Assembly: GCA_965153355.1 (NCBI GenBank)
Contig: OZ231126.1
Location: 48,298,001 to 48,362,000, forward strand
Source: Flaccisagitta enflata
Taxonomy: Eukaryota
DNA: 64,000 nt
Direction: 5' to 3'
A program made the position numbers and the translations under genes. The notes beneath the pieces were generated by a model that was not told the origin of the DNA, made no database searches, and saw nothing but the letters and a program-made list of their open reading frames with translations. Of the stretch, positions 43,756 to 58,142 are shown in pieces. Each line of letters starts with the position of its first letter. The first letter of the stretch is position 1.

Positions 43756-46057
43756 TATAGTATAGTATAGTGATAGTGCCCCTAGGCCAGCGTCCGCTGG
43801 CATTGCGGGGACGTCGCTCCATTTTTTTCCATGGCAATGAGGTTATTCATTTCCTTCATTGTTCATCCTTGCGTCGTCATTCAACTCATTGCCGTCATCA
43901 ATGGGTTGGTTCGCCTTCCACTTATCGTAGCAGTTTTTGAATCCATTTATTGACGTCTGTTTTTTCACTGTTTCTGGGAGTTCATTCCACTTTTTCGCGG
44001 CTCTCACCGTGAAAAAGTGCTTCCGCACATCTAGCCGGGCTCTCTCCATCTGCAAGACGTGTTCCTTCCTTGATTCACCTTCTTCCGTCACCAACGTGTT
44101 AGCCCTTGTTGCTCTCGCCTCGTGACCAACTTCCACAAACCACTCTTCCTTCTCCACCTTGTTAAATCCTTTTAACGTTTTGAAAGTTTCGATAAGGTCT
44201 CCCCTGATTCGTCTCTCCTTAAGCGTTGTCAATCCCGTTTCTTTTAGTCGTTCTTCGTACGTTCTGCCTCTTGCATTTGACAGCATTCTGACCATTCGCT
44301 CCTGCACCTTCTCCAATACCTTTATATCCGTCTCGTACCATGGACTCCATGCTGCCACCGACGACTCAAGCCTTGGTCTGACGAAGGTTTTGTAAAGGGG
44401 AATTAGAAACTCTTTCTTACGGTAGTGAAAGGCTCTTTGGAGTTGACCTAATGCAAAATTTGCATTCCTCGCTGCAGTCGCACATTGTTTTGATGGTTTC
44501 AGGTTATCCACCATCCAGATCCCCAAATCTTTCTCTTCTTGGGTTTGTTCCAATTCCGCGCCATTCATAAAATACCGGTTTTTCGGGTTATTCTTACCAA
44601 CATGGAGAACCTTGCATTTCTTGATGTTATACTCCATTCCCCATTTGTTCGCCCACGCCGCCAAATTATCGACGATTTTTTGCATTTCTTTGGCGTCTTC
44701 CTCATTTTCAACAATTTTGGCCACTTTTGTATCATCGGCGTATTTTCGGATTAATGCTTTGAGGACTTCATCATCAATGTCATCAATGAACAGGTCAAAT
44801 AAAATGCCGCCGAGGACTGATCCTTGGACCACGCTACTCAACACATCAATCCAGTCGGAAAATTCGTCATCTACTCGCACTCTTTGCTTTCTCTCTCGCA
44901 ACCAATCAATCAGCCACGCCAGTAATTTTCCCTTAATGCCTGCTTCTTCCAATTTAACCGCCAAACGCTTGTGGCTCACCTTATCGAATGCTTTGCTGTA
45001 GTCGAGGTAAATGACATCAAAGGATTTACCCTCATCCAACCATTTTGTTGCCGTGTTCAAGAACTCCACGAGATTTGTTTGCACGGATCGACCTGATCTG
45101 AATCCATGTTGAGAGTTGGCCAATATCCGGTTCTTATCCACATACTGCATCACACCTCTTTTAACTACTCGCTCCATTATTTTCCCAATAACATTGGTGA
45201 GGCTCACTGGTCGGTAGTTACCCGGTTCCGATTTTTTTCCTTTTTTGAAGATTGGGGTAACGTTTGCTAGTCGCCAGTCATCTGGGATCCGTCCTTCGTC
45301 CATCGACTTCTGGAAAAGAAGAGTTAGAGGATTGATCAGCTCCTCTTTTAATTCCTTTATGACCACAGGGGGTATGAGGTCCGGTCCCGCCGCCGAATCT
45401 TCCTTCAACCCCTCAATCACTTCCCTCACCACTCCCGCCGTTATTTCCACCTCCTCCAAGCTTGCTCCGTCCGTCCTTTGTCGCACTTCCGGAATTTCAC
45501 CCCCATCCTGGGTGAATACAGACCCGTAATACTCGTTCAGTAAACACGCTTGTTCCTTAGGCTCAACAACCACGTCTCCGTTTTCACTCATCAGCGGCCC
45601 AACTTTGTTTCTTGTCGCTTTTGCCCTATTTATATATGAATAAAACATTTTAGGGTTTGTGTTCCGGCACTGCATTACTGCTTTTTCGTACGAGTTTTTA
45701 CTATTTCGAATTTTTCTTTTTACTTCAGTTACTTTTTTCTTGTATGTCTGTCCGTCTTTCAAAGAGTTTGTTGTCTTCCATTGTTTCCAGAGTTTCTTCT
45801 TTTCTTCAATGCATATTTTAATAGATTTATTCATCCAAGGCGGATCATTATTTTTTCGTAATTTCTTCAATGGGACATGTTTTTGGATTTGTTCGTTCAC
45901 GCGACTTTTGAAATCCAACCATGCTTCATTTACATTTTTACCCTCAAATTCCTCATGCCAATTTATATCCCTTAGCGCCGCTCGCATCTCTACATAATTG
46001 GCACGTCTGAAGTTAGGTCGCATTTGACGTACCGCGTGTACTTTGTCATCCACCATT
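43756..46057 (-). mobile_element. 5'-truncated CR1-clade LINE
   Basis: RT ORF, then a short 3' UTR with hairpin GCCAGCG-TC-CGCTGGC and a (CTATA)n tail. Flanked by ATAG on both sides. Absent from the paralogous site near 61546. Confidence 0.92.
43843..46056 (-). CDS. CR1 ORF2 fragment: reverse transcriptase and C-terminus, endonuclease lost by truncation (737 aa)
   Basis: PGNYRPVSLT, QHGFR, YLDYSKAFDKVSH, VVQGSVLG, YADD, RRIRGDLIETFK, FFTVRAAKKWNELP; the frame is uninterrupted. Confidence 0.93.
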   Translation of the reverse strand: MVDDKVHAVRQMRPNFRRANYVEMRAALRDINWHEEFEGKNVNEAWLDFKSRVNEQIQKHVPLKKLRKNNDPPWMNKSIKICIEEKKKLWKQWKTTNSLKDGQTYKKKVTEVKRKIRNSKNSYEKAVMQCRNTNPKMFYSYINRAKATRNKVGPLMSENGDVVVEPKEQACLLNEYYGSVFTQDGGEIPEVRQRTDGASLEEVEITAGVVREVIEGLKEDSAAGPDLIPPVVIKELKEELINPLTLLFQKSMDEGRIPDDWRLANVTPIFKKGKKSEPGNYRPVSLTNVIGKIMERVVKRGVMQYVDKNRILANSQHGFRSGRSVQTNLVEFLNTATKWLDEGKSFDVIYLDYSKAFDKVSHKRLAVKLEEAGIKGKLLAWLIDWLRERKQRVRVDDEFSDWIDVLSSVVQGSVLGGILFDLFIDDIDDEVLKALIRKYADDTKVAKIVENEEDAKEMQKIVDNLAAWANKWGMEYNIKKCKVLHVGKNNPKNRYFMNGAELEQTQEEKDLGIWMVDNLKPSKQCATAARNANFALGQLQRAFHYRKKEFLIPLYKTFVRPRLESSVAAWSPWYETDIKVLEKVQERMVRMLSNARGRTYEERLKETGLTTLKERRIRGDLIETFKTLKGFNKVEKEEWFVEVGHEARATRANTLVTEEGESRKEHVLQMERARLDVRKHFFTVRAAKKWNELPETVKKQTSINGFKNCYDKWKANQPIDDGNELNDDARMNNEGNE

Positions 46058-47013
46058 ATAGATTGACTTTATCTCAACAGACTTCGATTTCTTAAGAATC
46101 TCTTCGATTTGAATCGATCTTACAGATTGATGAACAATTGACCATTCAATGCAGAGAGTGGTATCAAAAACTTTCTTACACGTAAACTTGTTCTTTTTTC
46201 ATTTTTGCTTGGATGAATAATAGATTTCACTTAAACATCTAACGGAAGTTGGTTGAAATGCTATTGCTATGGGTTTTTAAAGAAACGTGAATTTTGACAC
46301 TACATTATGCATATTAGCAATATCATTCATCCAGCTTTTTTTTTGCTTATTCATATCATTAAAAAAACGATATCATTCAACCCCGGTAGAATTTCGTACA
46401 TGTTGTCATTACACTTGCTTCTCTTGATATTCAAGCTTTTACAAACTATTGATTTTCTATCGACGCGAGGAGTCCGAGGACACTTCCAAATCCATGATGA
46501 CTATTTTGATAACCGACTTTTCATTTTTATTAGGGAATGACGCAAAAACCCTTTAAAGATAAGGACATACTATAAGGTGCATTCACCTTGTAAGGATCTT
46601 CACGATCTTGACTTTGACAACTAATTCTCAATCAAAAACAGGGAATTACGTACAAACCCTCCAAGATAAGGACAATGGCAATCACCTTGCCCTCATATTA
46701 TTCGGTTCCCATCTGAGCTGGGCCCGGGTTACGAAACGGATTTTCAAATTTACCTTTCAGGTTTTGCAGCCTACGAAGTAGGACGCGCTTCCAGGCGAGT
46801 TGCCTCGTGTTTAATCCTCTGTTTGATGAAGAATGCCTTTCATAACACTGACCCAATTCGAGTACGATTAAACTCGAAAGACCCAATTTCTCCCTATTCG
46901 TTCTTTTTTCGGGCAACGATCTTTTCTTTCATAAATCTTTTCCTTCCTCTTCGTTTTCTTCTTCTTCTTCGTCTTCTTCTTCTTCTTCTTCTTCTTCTTC
47001 TTCTTCTTCTTCT

Positions 47014-47120
<107 letters not shown>

Positions 47121-47123
47121 TTT

Positions 47124-47637
47124 CAGTCAGCGGACAAAACACAATAGTATATATATCAACTGGTTTTGATCGGCCTAATGATGTTGAACAGAATCGCATG
47201 GTTTTGGTTGTAAAAATTCAGTAGGCTGTTAAGTTACAGTTGGCAAAAATTCATCGTTCATCAAATGGAATAAGTCCTGCAGATTCATAATCCTGATGAA
47301 ATACTGAGAAGTTTGATACGTCACACTTTACACTTTTTGTAAGAATTTTTTTTTTTAACATTACGTTATAATTGAATTAAACATTGATAAAAATTTTTTA
47401 TTCTCATATAAAAGTATATGTTGTGACATGTCAAACTTCTCAAAATTTCATTAGGATTATGAATCTGCAGGTCTCATTCTATTTGGTGAAAGTTGGATTT
47501 TTACCAACTTTGTAATGTAACAGCCGGCTGTAATTTCAACAACCAGTTGTTGTTTACAGCATTCTGTTCAACATCAGTAGGTTGAATCAAAACTTACGGA
47601 GTGATATATATACCTATTGTGTTTTGTCCGTTGACTG
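47124..47637. mobile_element. Palindromic MITE
   Basis: CAGTCAGCGGACAAAACACAATAG / CTATTGTGTTTTGTCCGTTGACTG ends, arms pairing over most of the length, TTTT on both flanks. Confidence 0.8.
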
Positions 47638-48282
47638 TTTTGGGCGGCAGCCGATGTCCACACAGGGGTGAATTTCCGGATGTTCGGTCATCCTGCCATC
47701 CTTCAGTCCTGCTGTCAACCCCCCCCCTCGTTAGCTATCAAGGCTTAATATCAGCACTGAGTTTAGCTCTTCTGTCCAGGACTCAAATCTGGCACCCAGG
47801 CCTCAAGAGTGTCCACCCGACCTCAAATCTACGCTCTAAGTTCCTCTGGACATCTGAAATTTCACTCCTATGTTCTACAGAAGATCGGCACTTTAGGGCC
47901 GCTGCCCGGGTTTTCCTCCACTTTTTTTCTTGATCACTTCGAGCAGGGCATTAGGTACCACTGACCTTGTACGATTCCTGGATGACTTGTTTCGTTTAGT
48001 ATAATCTAGTATTCATAACATTTGGGGTAATTCTTTTCCCTTTATTTTTTCCCTTTATTCGTAACATTTTCGTTCCAATTACAGTCTTTGCTTTTATTTG
48101 GTCCGTCATTACAAAGTAAGTCCGGCACATCTCACTGTATCCGTGTGTGCTTGTGTACATGTATGTATTTCTACTTGTCACACTGCCTGTCGGTCTGATC
48201 TCTATGTCTGACACATTCTCTCTCAGTCAGTGTGTTTGAATCTGTATCTATCTGCTTGTCTGTCTGTCTATCTGTCTGACCG

Positions 48283-48449
<167 letters not shown>

Positions 48450-48904
48450 CCATGTCAAGGCTAACCCCAAGGCCGGTCGACAAAAAGAAAGAAAAAGAAA
48501 AAATACCAGTCAGAGATCCATGAACTATTATGAGAATCAAGCAAGAATTGCGCAGTTTTCTTTGATCTGAAATAAGTATTTGAGGTTCTATCGATAAATG
48601 CGCATTTCTTGTACAGCCACGGAACCGGACAGGTTTTCGTCTTGCCAATCGTCGTTAATCACTTTTAATCCGTTACGTCCATTACAATGGCCTGACACGA
48701 TCGTTGACAGTTTTATTTAACGACCAGCTAGGCAGTTAAGCAGCTCATTTTTGAAAGCAATATCTGCAAATACTGAAATGTTGTTGTTGTTTTTAGCTAT
48801 GTTGTTGCTGTTGTTTTTTTTAAAGTTGTGTTTGTTGTCGTCTTTGTGTTTTCGGAAATCCACGTTTTTGCCATGTCGACCCGTCGCGTTGGTCGGTCCG
48901 TCGG

Positions 48905-49494
48905 CCACTGTGCTTTTAAAGCAATTCTCAGTAAAAAGTCACATAACAGTAGGCTTTTCCGCAGTTTTGTGTAGTAGTGGAGTGCAGTGATATGTGACTA
49001 ACAAAAATAAAATCATTCCCCATTTTGAGTAATCTTCAAAACAGGAAAAAATTAAATCCATTTTCAATGCAGATTCTACTGAGGTGTGTTGATTCATCTT
49101 TCGATGTCATATTTTTAATCTATGCAAAATTTTCTTTCACTTAATGGGTCGCACTCCATACATTTGCAAAGAATTCAAATTTTCATTTTTTGAGTCACCG
49201 TTACAAAAAAGTAACGGTGGCTCAAAAAATGAAAACTTTATTTTCAAATTGAACCATATAGTGTGACCTATCAAATGAAAGGGATTTTGCATAGAATAAC
49301 AATAAAGTGTAAAAAAATCAGTCAATACAACTCAGTAGAATCTTCAGTGAAAATGGGTCTAATTCTTTTCCATTTTGAAGATTACTCAAAGAGCGCTCGA
49401 TGAATGATTTTATTTTGGCTAGTTACATGTTATCACACCCCAACACTAAACAGAAATGCAAAGAAACCCACTTTTATATGATTTTTCACTCAGG
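48905..49494. mobile_element. Degenerate palindromic MITE related to 8182-8796, right end interrupted by a HINE
   Basis: Shares CCATATAG.G.GACCTATCAAATGAAAGGGA and a similar central hairpin; starts CACTG. Confidence 0.6.
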
Positions 49495-50177
49495 TTTTTA
49501 GTCGCGGACACGCGACTCTACACCTTGCCGTGTCGGTCGGACCGTCCGTCAGTCGGTCCGTCGGTCCGTCGGTCACATTTCTGAATTCCGAGCGGTTTTT
49601 GCGGTACTGCTCCTGCCCAACCTTCCGCGACTGGGTTGCCGTGTATCCGGCCTTGTTTTTGGAAGCATTCCATGCCCGTCAGTAACTCTTTACTCGATAT
49701 CGGATTTCTCGGCTTTTCCAAGGCTGCAGTTCCGTTGCCTAATAGCACCTGACGTGTCAAATAATAGAAAATTAGCCGGAAGAACTCTCAGACCCACGAA
49801 TCGATCTTTATTTGCGACGGAAGTCATGGTCCAGGTGCGCGCTTGCAATTAACCGAATCTTGCGCTTGGGAAAAAACAAATGATTGCCCAACCCTTGAGA
49901 CTTAACTTTGTCACATGATATTTTACTTTCCTAAAATAAACATTCTCGAAAGATACTTTGACCACGAATATGTCTAAAACGTCATAGAATCGAAACCCAA
50001 ACAAAAATTTGGCTAAATAAGCGTCTTGAAAATTGCGTAAGTCTGACGCTCGGGTCTTTTTAGACAAGCGTTTTGATATTGTAACATTTTGTAAAGACTT
50101 TTATCTTGACGGTTTTATTAGTAAGTTTTTTTAAAGCTGATAAGTTTTGAGGGGAGGCTCTTCAAAAATGTAATGAG

Positions 50178-50540
50178 TAATAATCGATTTATTCACATTT
50201 GAAAATGTAGCAAGACGAGAAAGAGCAAAAATATTGCAAGACAAACATAAAATAAGCGAAAAAACAAACAAGACCAACAAGAATCAAATCAACAAAGTGA
50301 TGACATTGGTCAATTCATAAATATGGCGCTGAGTTGAGCATTGTCGCGAATTCTTCGAGTGAATTTTTGAGTTTTTGACTCGAGCAATTCTTCCCAGTTG
50401 GGACGGGAGAGAAACGATTGTAATTCTCTCACTGATTGCCATGGGCGATAAGAGAAAATCCGACGAAAAACAGAGTTATAGGCCACTCTGAGCTGCCGGC
50501 GCGTGTCTTGGTCGGCAACGTAGATCACTTCGATTCCATA
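50178..50540 (-). mobile_element. 5'-truncated copy of the same LINE (end of ORF2 plus 3' UTR)
   Basis: Reverse complement of 16442-16803. Encodes the identical C-terminus IYVADQDTRRQ...SAIFMN. Confidence 0.95.
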
Positions 50541-50989
50541 ACTCTATAAGAGGCTTTGTCCGTCCGTCCGTTGGTCGGTCCGTCGGTCCGTCACGCTAGA
50601 GTCGTAAAGTGGGAAAACATGCATTTCCGCCCCTGCCCACCCGTCCGCGACTGGTATTGGCCGTGTATCCGGCCTTGTTTTTCAGCATCAACGTCCACAG
50701 AAACTCCCAACAAAAATGACCAACAGGCTAATGAGGCATGAGTTGGAAATCGGGTAGCACTTACAGAATCCAACCAGTCCTAACCGGATTAATAGAAAAA
50801 GTTGAGAATCAAATTTTGTCCCTTATCTTTGAATGTTTTTGCAAATTAAAAATAGAAAAAAAAAACAAGGCCGGATACACGGCCACCAGTTGCGGACGGG
50901 TGGGCAGGGGCGGAAATTTTCACACTTTCCAACTCGATCATTACGGACGGACCGACGGACCGACGGACCAACGGACGGACAAAGCCTCT

Positions 50990-51024
<35 letters not shown>

Positions 51025-51035
51025 AATGAGAAAAA

Positions 51036-51099
<64 letters not shown>

Positions 51100-51734
51100 C
51101 GGAAAAGAGTGAAAGAATAAAAGAAACAAGTGACGCGGGGTCGCAATTTCGTTGCGGTTGGGTGGGCACCTTCCGACTCATGCTAATGGACCAACAGATC
51201 GATGGATGGACCGACGGACAAAGCCCCTTATAGAGTGAAAAAGCTAGCAGGTGGGCAGGGGCAGTGAGGCAAAATACGCCTGTAAACGAAGAGAAAATAA
51301 AGTGTTACCGAGAGACCGAGGGTCATATTGCAGTGGAAAAAATTGTACACTAATGTCACTTGTGGTGGTTACATAATACATATAGACTGACGTAGGAATC
51401 AAATCGCGTGATGACGACGTGCATGGGGGGTGGACTGGGGGTGTGAACGTGAGGATCATCGATCATCGACTGAATTGTGATTTCCGACAGACGGACTCAC
51501 TCGCGAGGACGCGCGCATGAATTTGAACGACGATAATCATTGTTTTGAAAAAAAAAAAATGTTTTGAAAACTGAAACAAAACCGTAGACATTGGACAAAG
51601 AAAAAGACGGGAATCCTAAACACGAAAAAATCGGAAGGTTTTTGTTTATCTTTGGCCTTTTGGGTCAACAGTTCAACTTCTCGCTCTAGACCGTCACTCA
51701 AAGGCAAGAAAAGACGAAACATTTGAGATGTCTG

Positions 51735-51883
<149 letters not shown>

Positions 51884-52617
51884 AAGCGGTTAGGTAATTC
51901 TAAGGACGGTAAAAACTTATGCTCGGATTGACTGGAGTAAACGCGACGTGACGTACCGACGAAATGGTGAAACAATATCTCTTTAGTTACGGAAAGGCCG
52001 CAATGAGCGATCACCAATTACATAAGAATAAAGTTCGTATGTTTGTATGCTGCTAGAAACGCACGGGTATGGTTTCCAAGTAACGTTACCCTCGGGTGAT
52101 TTGCTTAATTTTGGTTACACAAGTACAAATAACTTGCCCATGACTACTCTTGATAAGTAGTTTTGTTTTGAGTTCACAAGACCCTCTCTTTTTTCAGTTT
52201 GGGTATGGACCTTTATCGATTTTCATTTGTAGCCTTAAAAAATCCAGATACATTGAATGGAGTCTGAAGAGGTTGTATAATGTAAACAATAATAGAAGGT
52301 AGTGGGAGAAAACTGTACTCATTACATCGAACGTGTTCCAATTCGCTTTGCAAATTTGTTAGATAACTCGTCACTCGATCAATCCAAATCACGTTTTCTG
52401 AATCCGAAGACACGTGCCTCGAGATCGAGTTGAACCGCCGGCAAAAGAGAATGTGAAAATGACCAGGACAAATTATTACTAGCTCACTAGTTGGTTTGCT
52501 TGTGACATGTATGTGAAATTGCTATCATCAATTATTGGTTTGGTGTATTAGGAGGCTGCATTAATCATCCGGGCTCTCCCTGCTTTAGCCCATTTGACCT
52601 CTGTTAAGCGTTAGGGG

Positions 52618-53132
52618 TTGCGTGCTTCGCATAGCAAAAAATTTGATTTTCTTCTCGTCCCGCCAACCCAATATGGAGTGAAAAAAATCATGAAGATGAC
52701 CATTTTCCTTTTCTCAAAATTCCTTCATCTTCCGTTTTTGTTTTGGCCTTAAAGTTTACTCAGATTTTCCAGAATTCAGCAAAATCCTGTGTAGTCTTGT
52801 TACAAAAGAAACAATTTTTTGTTTTAGAAAATCATGATGTTTGTAAAAATGAATTAAAATATCAGAGTATAAGTTACGTAAAAGCTTGTGAAAAAGCAGA
52901 TTAACAATTTTCGAAAGAGCAGAATTTTATAAAAGCTAATTCAAATAAGATCAGCATACTTTTTTATCCCATTGCAATATACAAATTAGGCTCGCAAAAA
53001 AATTTTTCTAAAAAACAGAAGATGAACGATTTTTGATAAAAGAAAAATGGTAAGGGCCTTAAAATTGGCCACTCCACATAAGGTAAGGAGGATGAAAAGA
53101 AATAAGCAACTTTTGCTATGTGAAGCACCCAA
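52618..53132. mobile_element. Long-TIR MITE with a 10-bp TSD (Mutator-like)
   Basis: TTGCGTGCTTCGCATAGCAAAA / TTTTGCTATGTGAAGCACCCAA ends; GCGTTAGGGG at 52608-52617 and 53133-53142. Confidence 0.8.
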
Positions 53133-53294
53133 GCGTTAGGGGTAATTGATTTTTTTCCTGCTTTGAAGTCATTAAGAGGTCAATGTGAATATGGTCTCAA
53201 AAATGACTATCTTATGGACAAGTGTACAGAGGTTTTAATCTCAAGAAATGATGATCAAAAAAAAAAAAAAAAAAAACAATCGACAAGCAATATA

Positions 53295-54308
53295 ACACCC
53301 CTTCCATAATTAGGCGAACTGGGATGAAAACAAACTGTTTAAGGGTTGATGATTTCAAGTATGATTAATTTAAACGATGTAAAACATCAACATTGGTAAA
53401 ATTTATTAACATAATGCAAAAAAAAATACTCAAAAATGTAAATGGCTATCCCCTTATGAGCTCATTTATGCAATGAAGAGAAAAGTCGCAAAAGGGCCCT
53501 CTCTCACCGTGATCTCAATATGTCACCTTTTCCTGGGGTTATGTCAGTTTACGTGGCCTTCCCCGCCCCTCCTTCTGCGCCACTGACTCTACTGCATCGA
53601 TTAACCCCATTACGCAATATACTACATGAATTAAAAAAAAAAGACGCACCTTTTCATTTGCTGATAAAACTGACTCAAAAAGTGTTAAAAATTTTTTTAG
53701 AGGAAGTGATTTTGAATATTTTCAAATTATCTTTCATTATAGACCAATCCCAGATCTGTATCTTTGACGGTTTAAGAGCTAGAGCTCTCTAAAGTGAAAC
53801 ACCATTTTACTGAATTGCATCTTTTTCAAAGGAACTGCAAAAACAAATTTGGCAACATTTTTACTCAAACTAATGCCATTTCTTAACGAAAAAAGATAGA
53901 GATACCAGATTGGCGCCAAATGAAAGAGTTTTTCAAGAGCTTCAAAATGGTCTAAGATTTTAATTAGTTTTTTTGATTTTCAATGGCGTAATTAGCCATT
54001 AAAAAGTGCGTCTTTTTTTTAATTCATGTAGTATGGCATGTTTTTTTTTGGCAACCCATCTTCTTAAAATGCTGGAAGGTATACATTTCCCCTTTGAAAC
54101 ATTTTTCCCGTAGAAATTAGCAATAATTTGACACTGTACTTTGGGTAAAAGACCCTTCATCACCCGCTACATGCAGGGAAGTCCCCTACATCGCTTTTCT
54201 ACGTCAAAGTACTACGTCTTAGCTACCTCTGTGTCAAATTTCATCACTTGCATTTTTGATATCTGTTTGGATCATTTTTTCCAGTTCGCTTAATTATCGA
54301 AGGGGTGT
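53295..54308. mobile_element. TA-flanked TIR element with a second TA-flanked MITE nested at 53622-54031
   Basis: Outer TIR ACACCCCTTCCATAATTAGGCGAACTGG with its mirror; inner TIR CTACATGAATTAAAAAAAAAAGACGCAC with its mirror. Confidence 0.78.
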
Positions 54309-55502
54309 TATGAAGGCAACTCATGAACGAACTTACATGATGCAAACCTTATCAAATGATTCCAGTGGTCCAACTGGACGGTCGTTATTACAGATTATCA
54401 CCTACCAATACTTCATTCCTTGAGATAGAAGAGTGAGAGGGGAGGGGGTTAATAAGTTCACCGAATCACTGAACGTGACTTAACCAAGTTATTGAAATAA
54501 AGAAAAATTGGTTTAAAAAAGAGACATACGCCGAGAGCGAAAACTCATCGAAAGAAATTCGAGTGAATGTGGTGTGATTTGGGGAGGAAATTTCTCTAGA
54601 AAACCGCGCGATTTCTTCTGATTTGTTACTTTCGATCTCGTTCATTCTTTCCCACTTATCGCAAAGAATTCACGCACGCGAATGCGGATCTGAGCTGATC
54701 TGTGTCGCGTGATGTTCTTTTTTTTCATCATGTCTTTTTTGGTGCTTACACATTGATTGACCAGATCTGATCTAAATTAATCAAATTTAAGACAACAAGA
54801 GGGATGAGCCAGTTTCCCATATACTCTTTTTTAACTTTTATGTACGAAACTGTTTAGAGAAGTAAAGTGACTAAAGTTCACAATAGTATATCTTTGTCAA
54901 CATTGTCAATAGACATTCCGTAATGACGATGGAGCAAATGAGTAGCTGTAGAAAATAAATTGAGGAGGCGGTATTAATTATTAATCCGGTTTCTTAGGAT
55001 CGCAAATTACGCAAAAAAGCAGTTATTCAGTTGAGCCTAAACATGGCTTGTGTTCTTAATTTGTTGCTTTTTTATTCATTACTCCGTTTTTTGTAACAAC
55101 CTTTCTTTCTTTGTTTAGCATCAGAATTTCACCCCTAGATTTCTTTGTTACTGCGTGTCTTTCCTTTTAGTTGCGGACACGCAACTCTATAAGAGGTTTT
55201 GTCCGTCCGTTGGCCCGTCCGTCGGTCCTTCGATTGGTCCGTCCGTAAGAACAAGTCAAAAGTTGGAAAACGAGCATTTTAGAAGCTTTTTATGTATGCG
55301 TTTGTGTCGGAAAGGGGGTTGGGTGGAGGCGTGGGTCGTTGGGTGTGGATGGGGGTTAGCTGCCCCTGCCCACCCGTCCACAACGATATTGTGACCATGC
55401 GTCACTTGTTTTTGATTCATTTCTCGGTTTCATACTGACTTGTGTCATGCTTTCACTCCTTCAGTCTTTTTTTTTTTCTCTCTTTTTTTTCTTACTCTCT
55501 TT

Positions 55503-55545
<43 letters not shown>

Positions 55546-55599
55546 GTCTGTTTCTGTCTGTCTGTCATGTGTGTCTTTGAGTCTCTCTGTCTCTGTCTC

Positions 55600-55646
<47 letters not shown>

Positions 55647-56510
55647 TTTATTCCTTCTTTCGAAAAAAAAATTTGACCTTCAGATAGAATTTCCCTCTAC
55701 TCAGCATGTCATGAAAAAGTTTTAGACAGAGCTCAGACATGAAGAGTTAATGATCTAACGACGATTATGTACTCTTTTGATGGCATTGCAATGAGAAGAA
55801 AGGCAATGGTACATAAGTTATGTACCATTGCCTTTCTTCTCATTGCTCATTATGTACTCCATCCTTGAACTGAAACATTCAATTTCAAGGACAACGTTAA
55901 ACCACAACTACCGAGAAAAGGAAACACGCGAGGTCGGGTGCGGGTCATCTCAATCCACATGCCAAAAAAGTAATCTGCCCTTTTTTCCGAGTATCGAAAA
56001 AAACCTTTTCTTTATAGAGGGCATTTTATAATTCTAATTTCAATTCATCTGAAATTGCCGTGTATGGAATTTGTCGCGGACACGCGATTCTGCACTACGC
56101 AAGTAGTTAGTCGGTCCGTAAGTCCGCACGTAACATTGTTGAATTACCGTTGTTTTTGTCCTTGTTTAGGGGATTTTGAGTCAGTTTGAATTGTTTGAGT
56201 GTCTCTTTTTTTTCTCATTTTTAGTCGCGTGCACGCGACTCTACACCTTGCTCTGTCGGTCGGTCCGTCCGTCGGTAACATTTTTAAATTTTGAACGTTT
56301 TTAACATTTATTAAATATTTTTTAACACTTTGACATGTTTTTGCTCTTTTATCATTTCCAGACGCACGCGACTGTTGCCCTCTTGGGCTTGTTACGTAGT
56401 ACTGCCCCTGCCCAACTGTCCTCAACTTTTGCTCACAAAAGCGCTTGCTCCTGTAAAACCCTTTCTCTGTCTTTCTGCCTGTCTGTCTGTCTGTCTGTCT
56501 GTGTGTGTGT

Positions 56511-56564
<54 letters not shown>

Positions 56565-56886
56565 TTTCAAATTTTTTCAATCGACCACATCTATCAAGCG
56601 AAATTAGCAAAGTCGTAAGATTTTCCAGAAAGCTGGTCAACACCAGGATATATGTCTTAGTAAGACAGATATTTCGATTAAAAGTTGTTATGAATGGTCA
56701 TACTTCAAGGTCGTCCTCTGATTGGACCCCTGGGATCGTCATATTTCCTAGTCAGTTTATCATTGGCTGAGATTCTCGGACGATATCTCTCGGAAGATAA
56801 GTTCGCGGTAAAACCGAAAGAAAGGAAAGGAAGGTAAACAAGGTACAATACTAAAACAGCAAAACCGACTTCTATTGCTGATAGGA

Positions 56887-56931
<45 letters not shown>

Positions 56932-56932
56932 T

Positions 56933-57022
<90 letters not shown>

Positions 57023-57046
57023 GCTGTTGTTGTTATTGGTATTGTT

Positions 57047-57126
<80 letters not shown>

Positions 57127-57382
57127 GGTTGTAATTGTTGTTGTTGTTGTTGTTGTTGCTATTGTTGATATAGTTTTTGTTGTCATAGTCGTCATCATAG
57201 TCCGATAAGTCCGATAGGGTGAGCTTGAGTTAAAGGAACGCAAGGATTAAGGATACTTTCGTGCAAAGGATACCGTCGTGCAGGTGTAGCTTCCTAAATA
57301 GTACGAACAGTAAATAAGTTTAAAAAAGGATAAAAGATTAAATTAAGAAGGATGCAAAAGCGGTACACAACTCGCAAACGCG

Positions 57383-57471
<89 letters not shown>

Positions 57472-57534
57472 TTTCTCATTTATAACACGGTTCACAGTTA
57501 ATCTTGGTGCAGAAGCGTTTGAAGATGACGATAA

Positions 57535-58142
57535 GTCGAGGTGCAAACGAAGACCAAATTTCAAGAGTCAAACCAATTTTTTCAATATTTTAGATTTTAC
57601 TGATTTAGATTTTTTTTATAAAAAAATATAATTATCAAGTTGTATTTATTTTAGCTTTGCATGGAAAAGCATTGGTAGAAAGAAAAAGAGCGCTGAGAAA
57701 GTAAAAAGAGGAGAAAAAATGAAGAAATTCTAAGAAAAATTTGATTTTGCAACTTGGCTTGTCTTAGGGAAAATTCTAAGACTCTCTCTAAATGTAAAAT
57801 TTTGCATTTCCAAAAACATGGCCTCATTTTAAGAACATATAAGATGAGGGCCATGTTCTTAGAAATGCAAAATTGTTCAATTTGTTCAAGTCTTAGAATT
57901 TTCCCTTCACAAAATTTGAATTTTTGCTCTATCATTTTTAAAGTATTTTTTACTCTGAGTGATCATTACCGGTCTTTATCTATGAAACAAAGCAATGCCT
58001 TCATGATACTAGGTTTTCTTATACTAATGATATAATTCGAAACTACAAAACTATAAACTTTATTCAAAAAATTATAATCTGGTCATGATATAGTTAAAGA
58101 AAGAGTCTGAAACCGAAACTTTGCCTTCGTTTGCACCCCGAC
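57535..58142. mobile_element. MITE with a 4-bp TSD, copy B only
   Basis: GTCGAGGTGCAAACGAAG / CTTCGTTTGCACCCCGAC ends, ATAA on both flanks, absent at ~41123. Confidence 0.85.

Noticed and set aside
52608-52617. TTAGGG as a telomeric repeat
   Set aside because: Single occurrences that form part of a 10-bp TSD.
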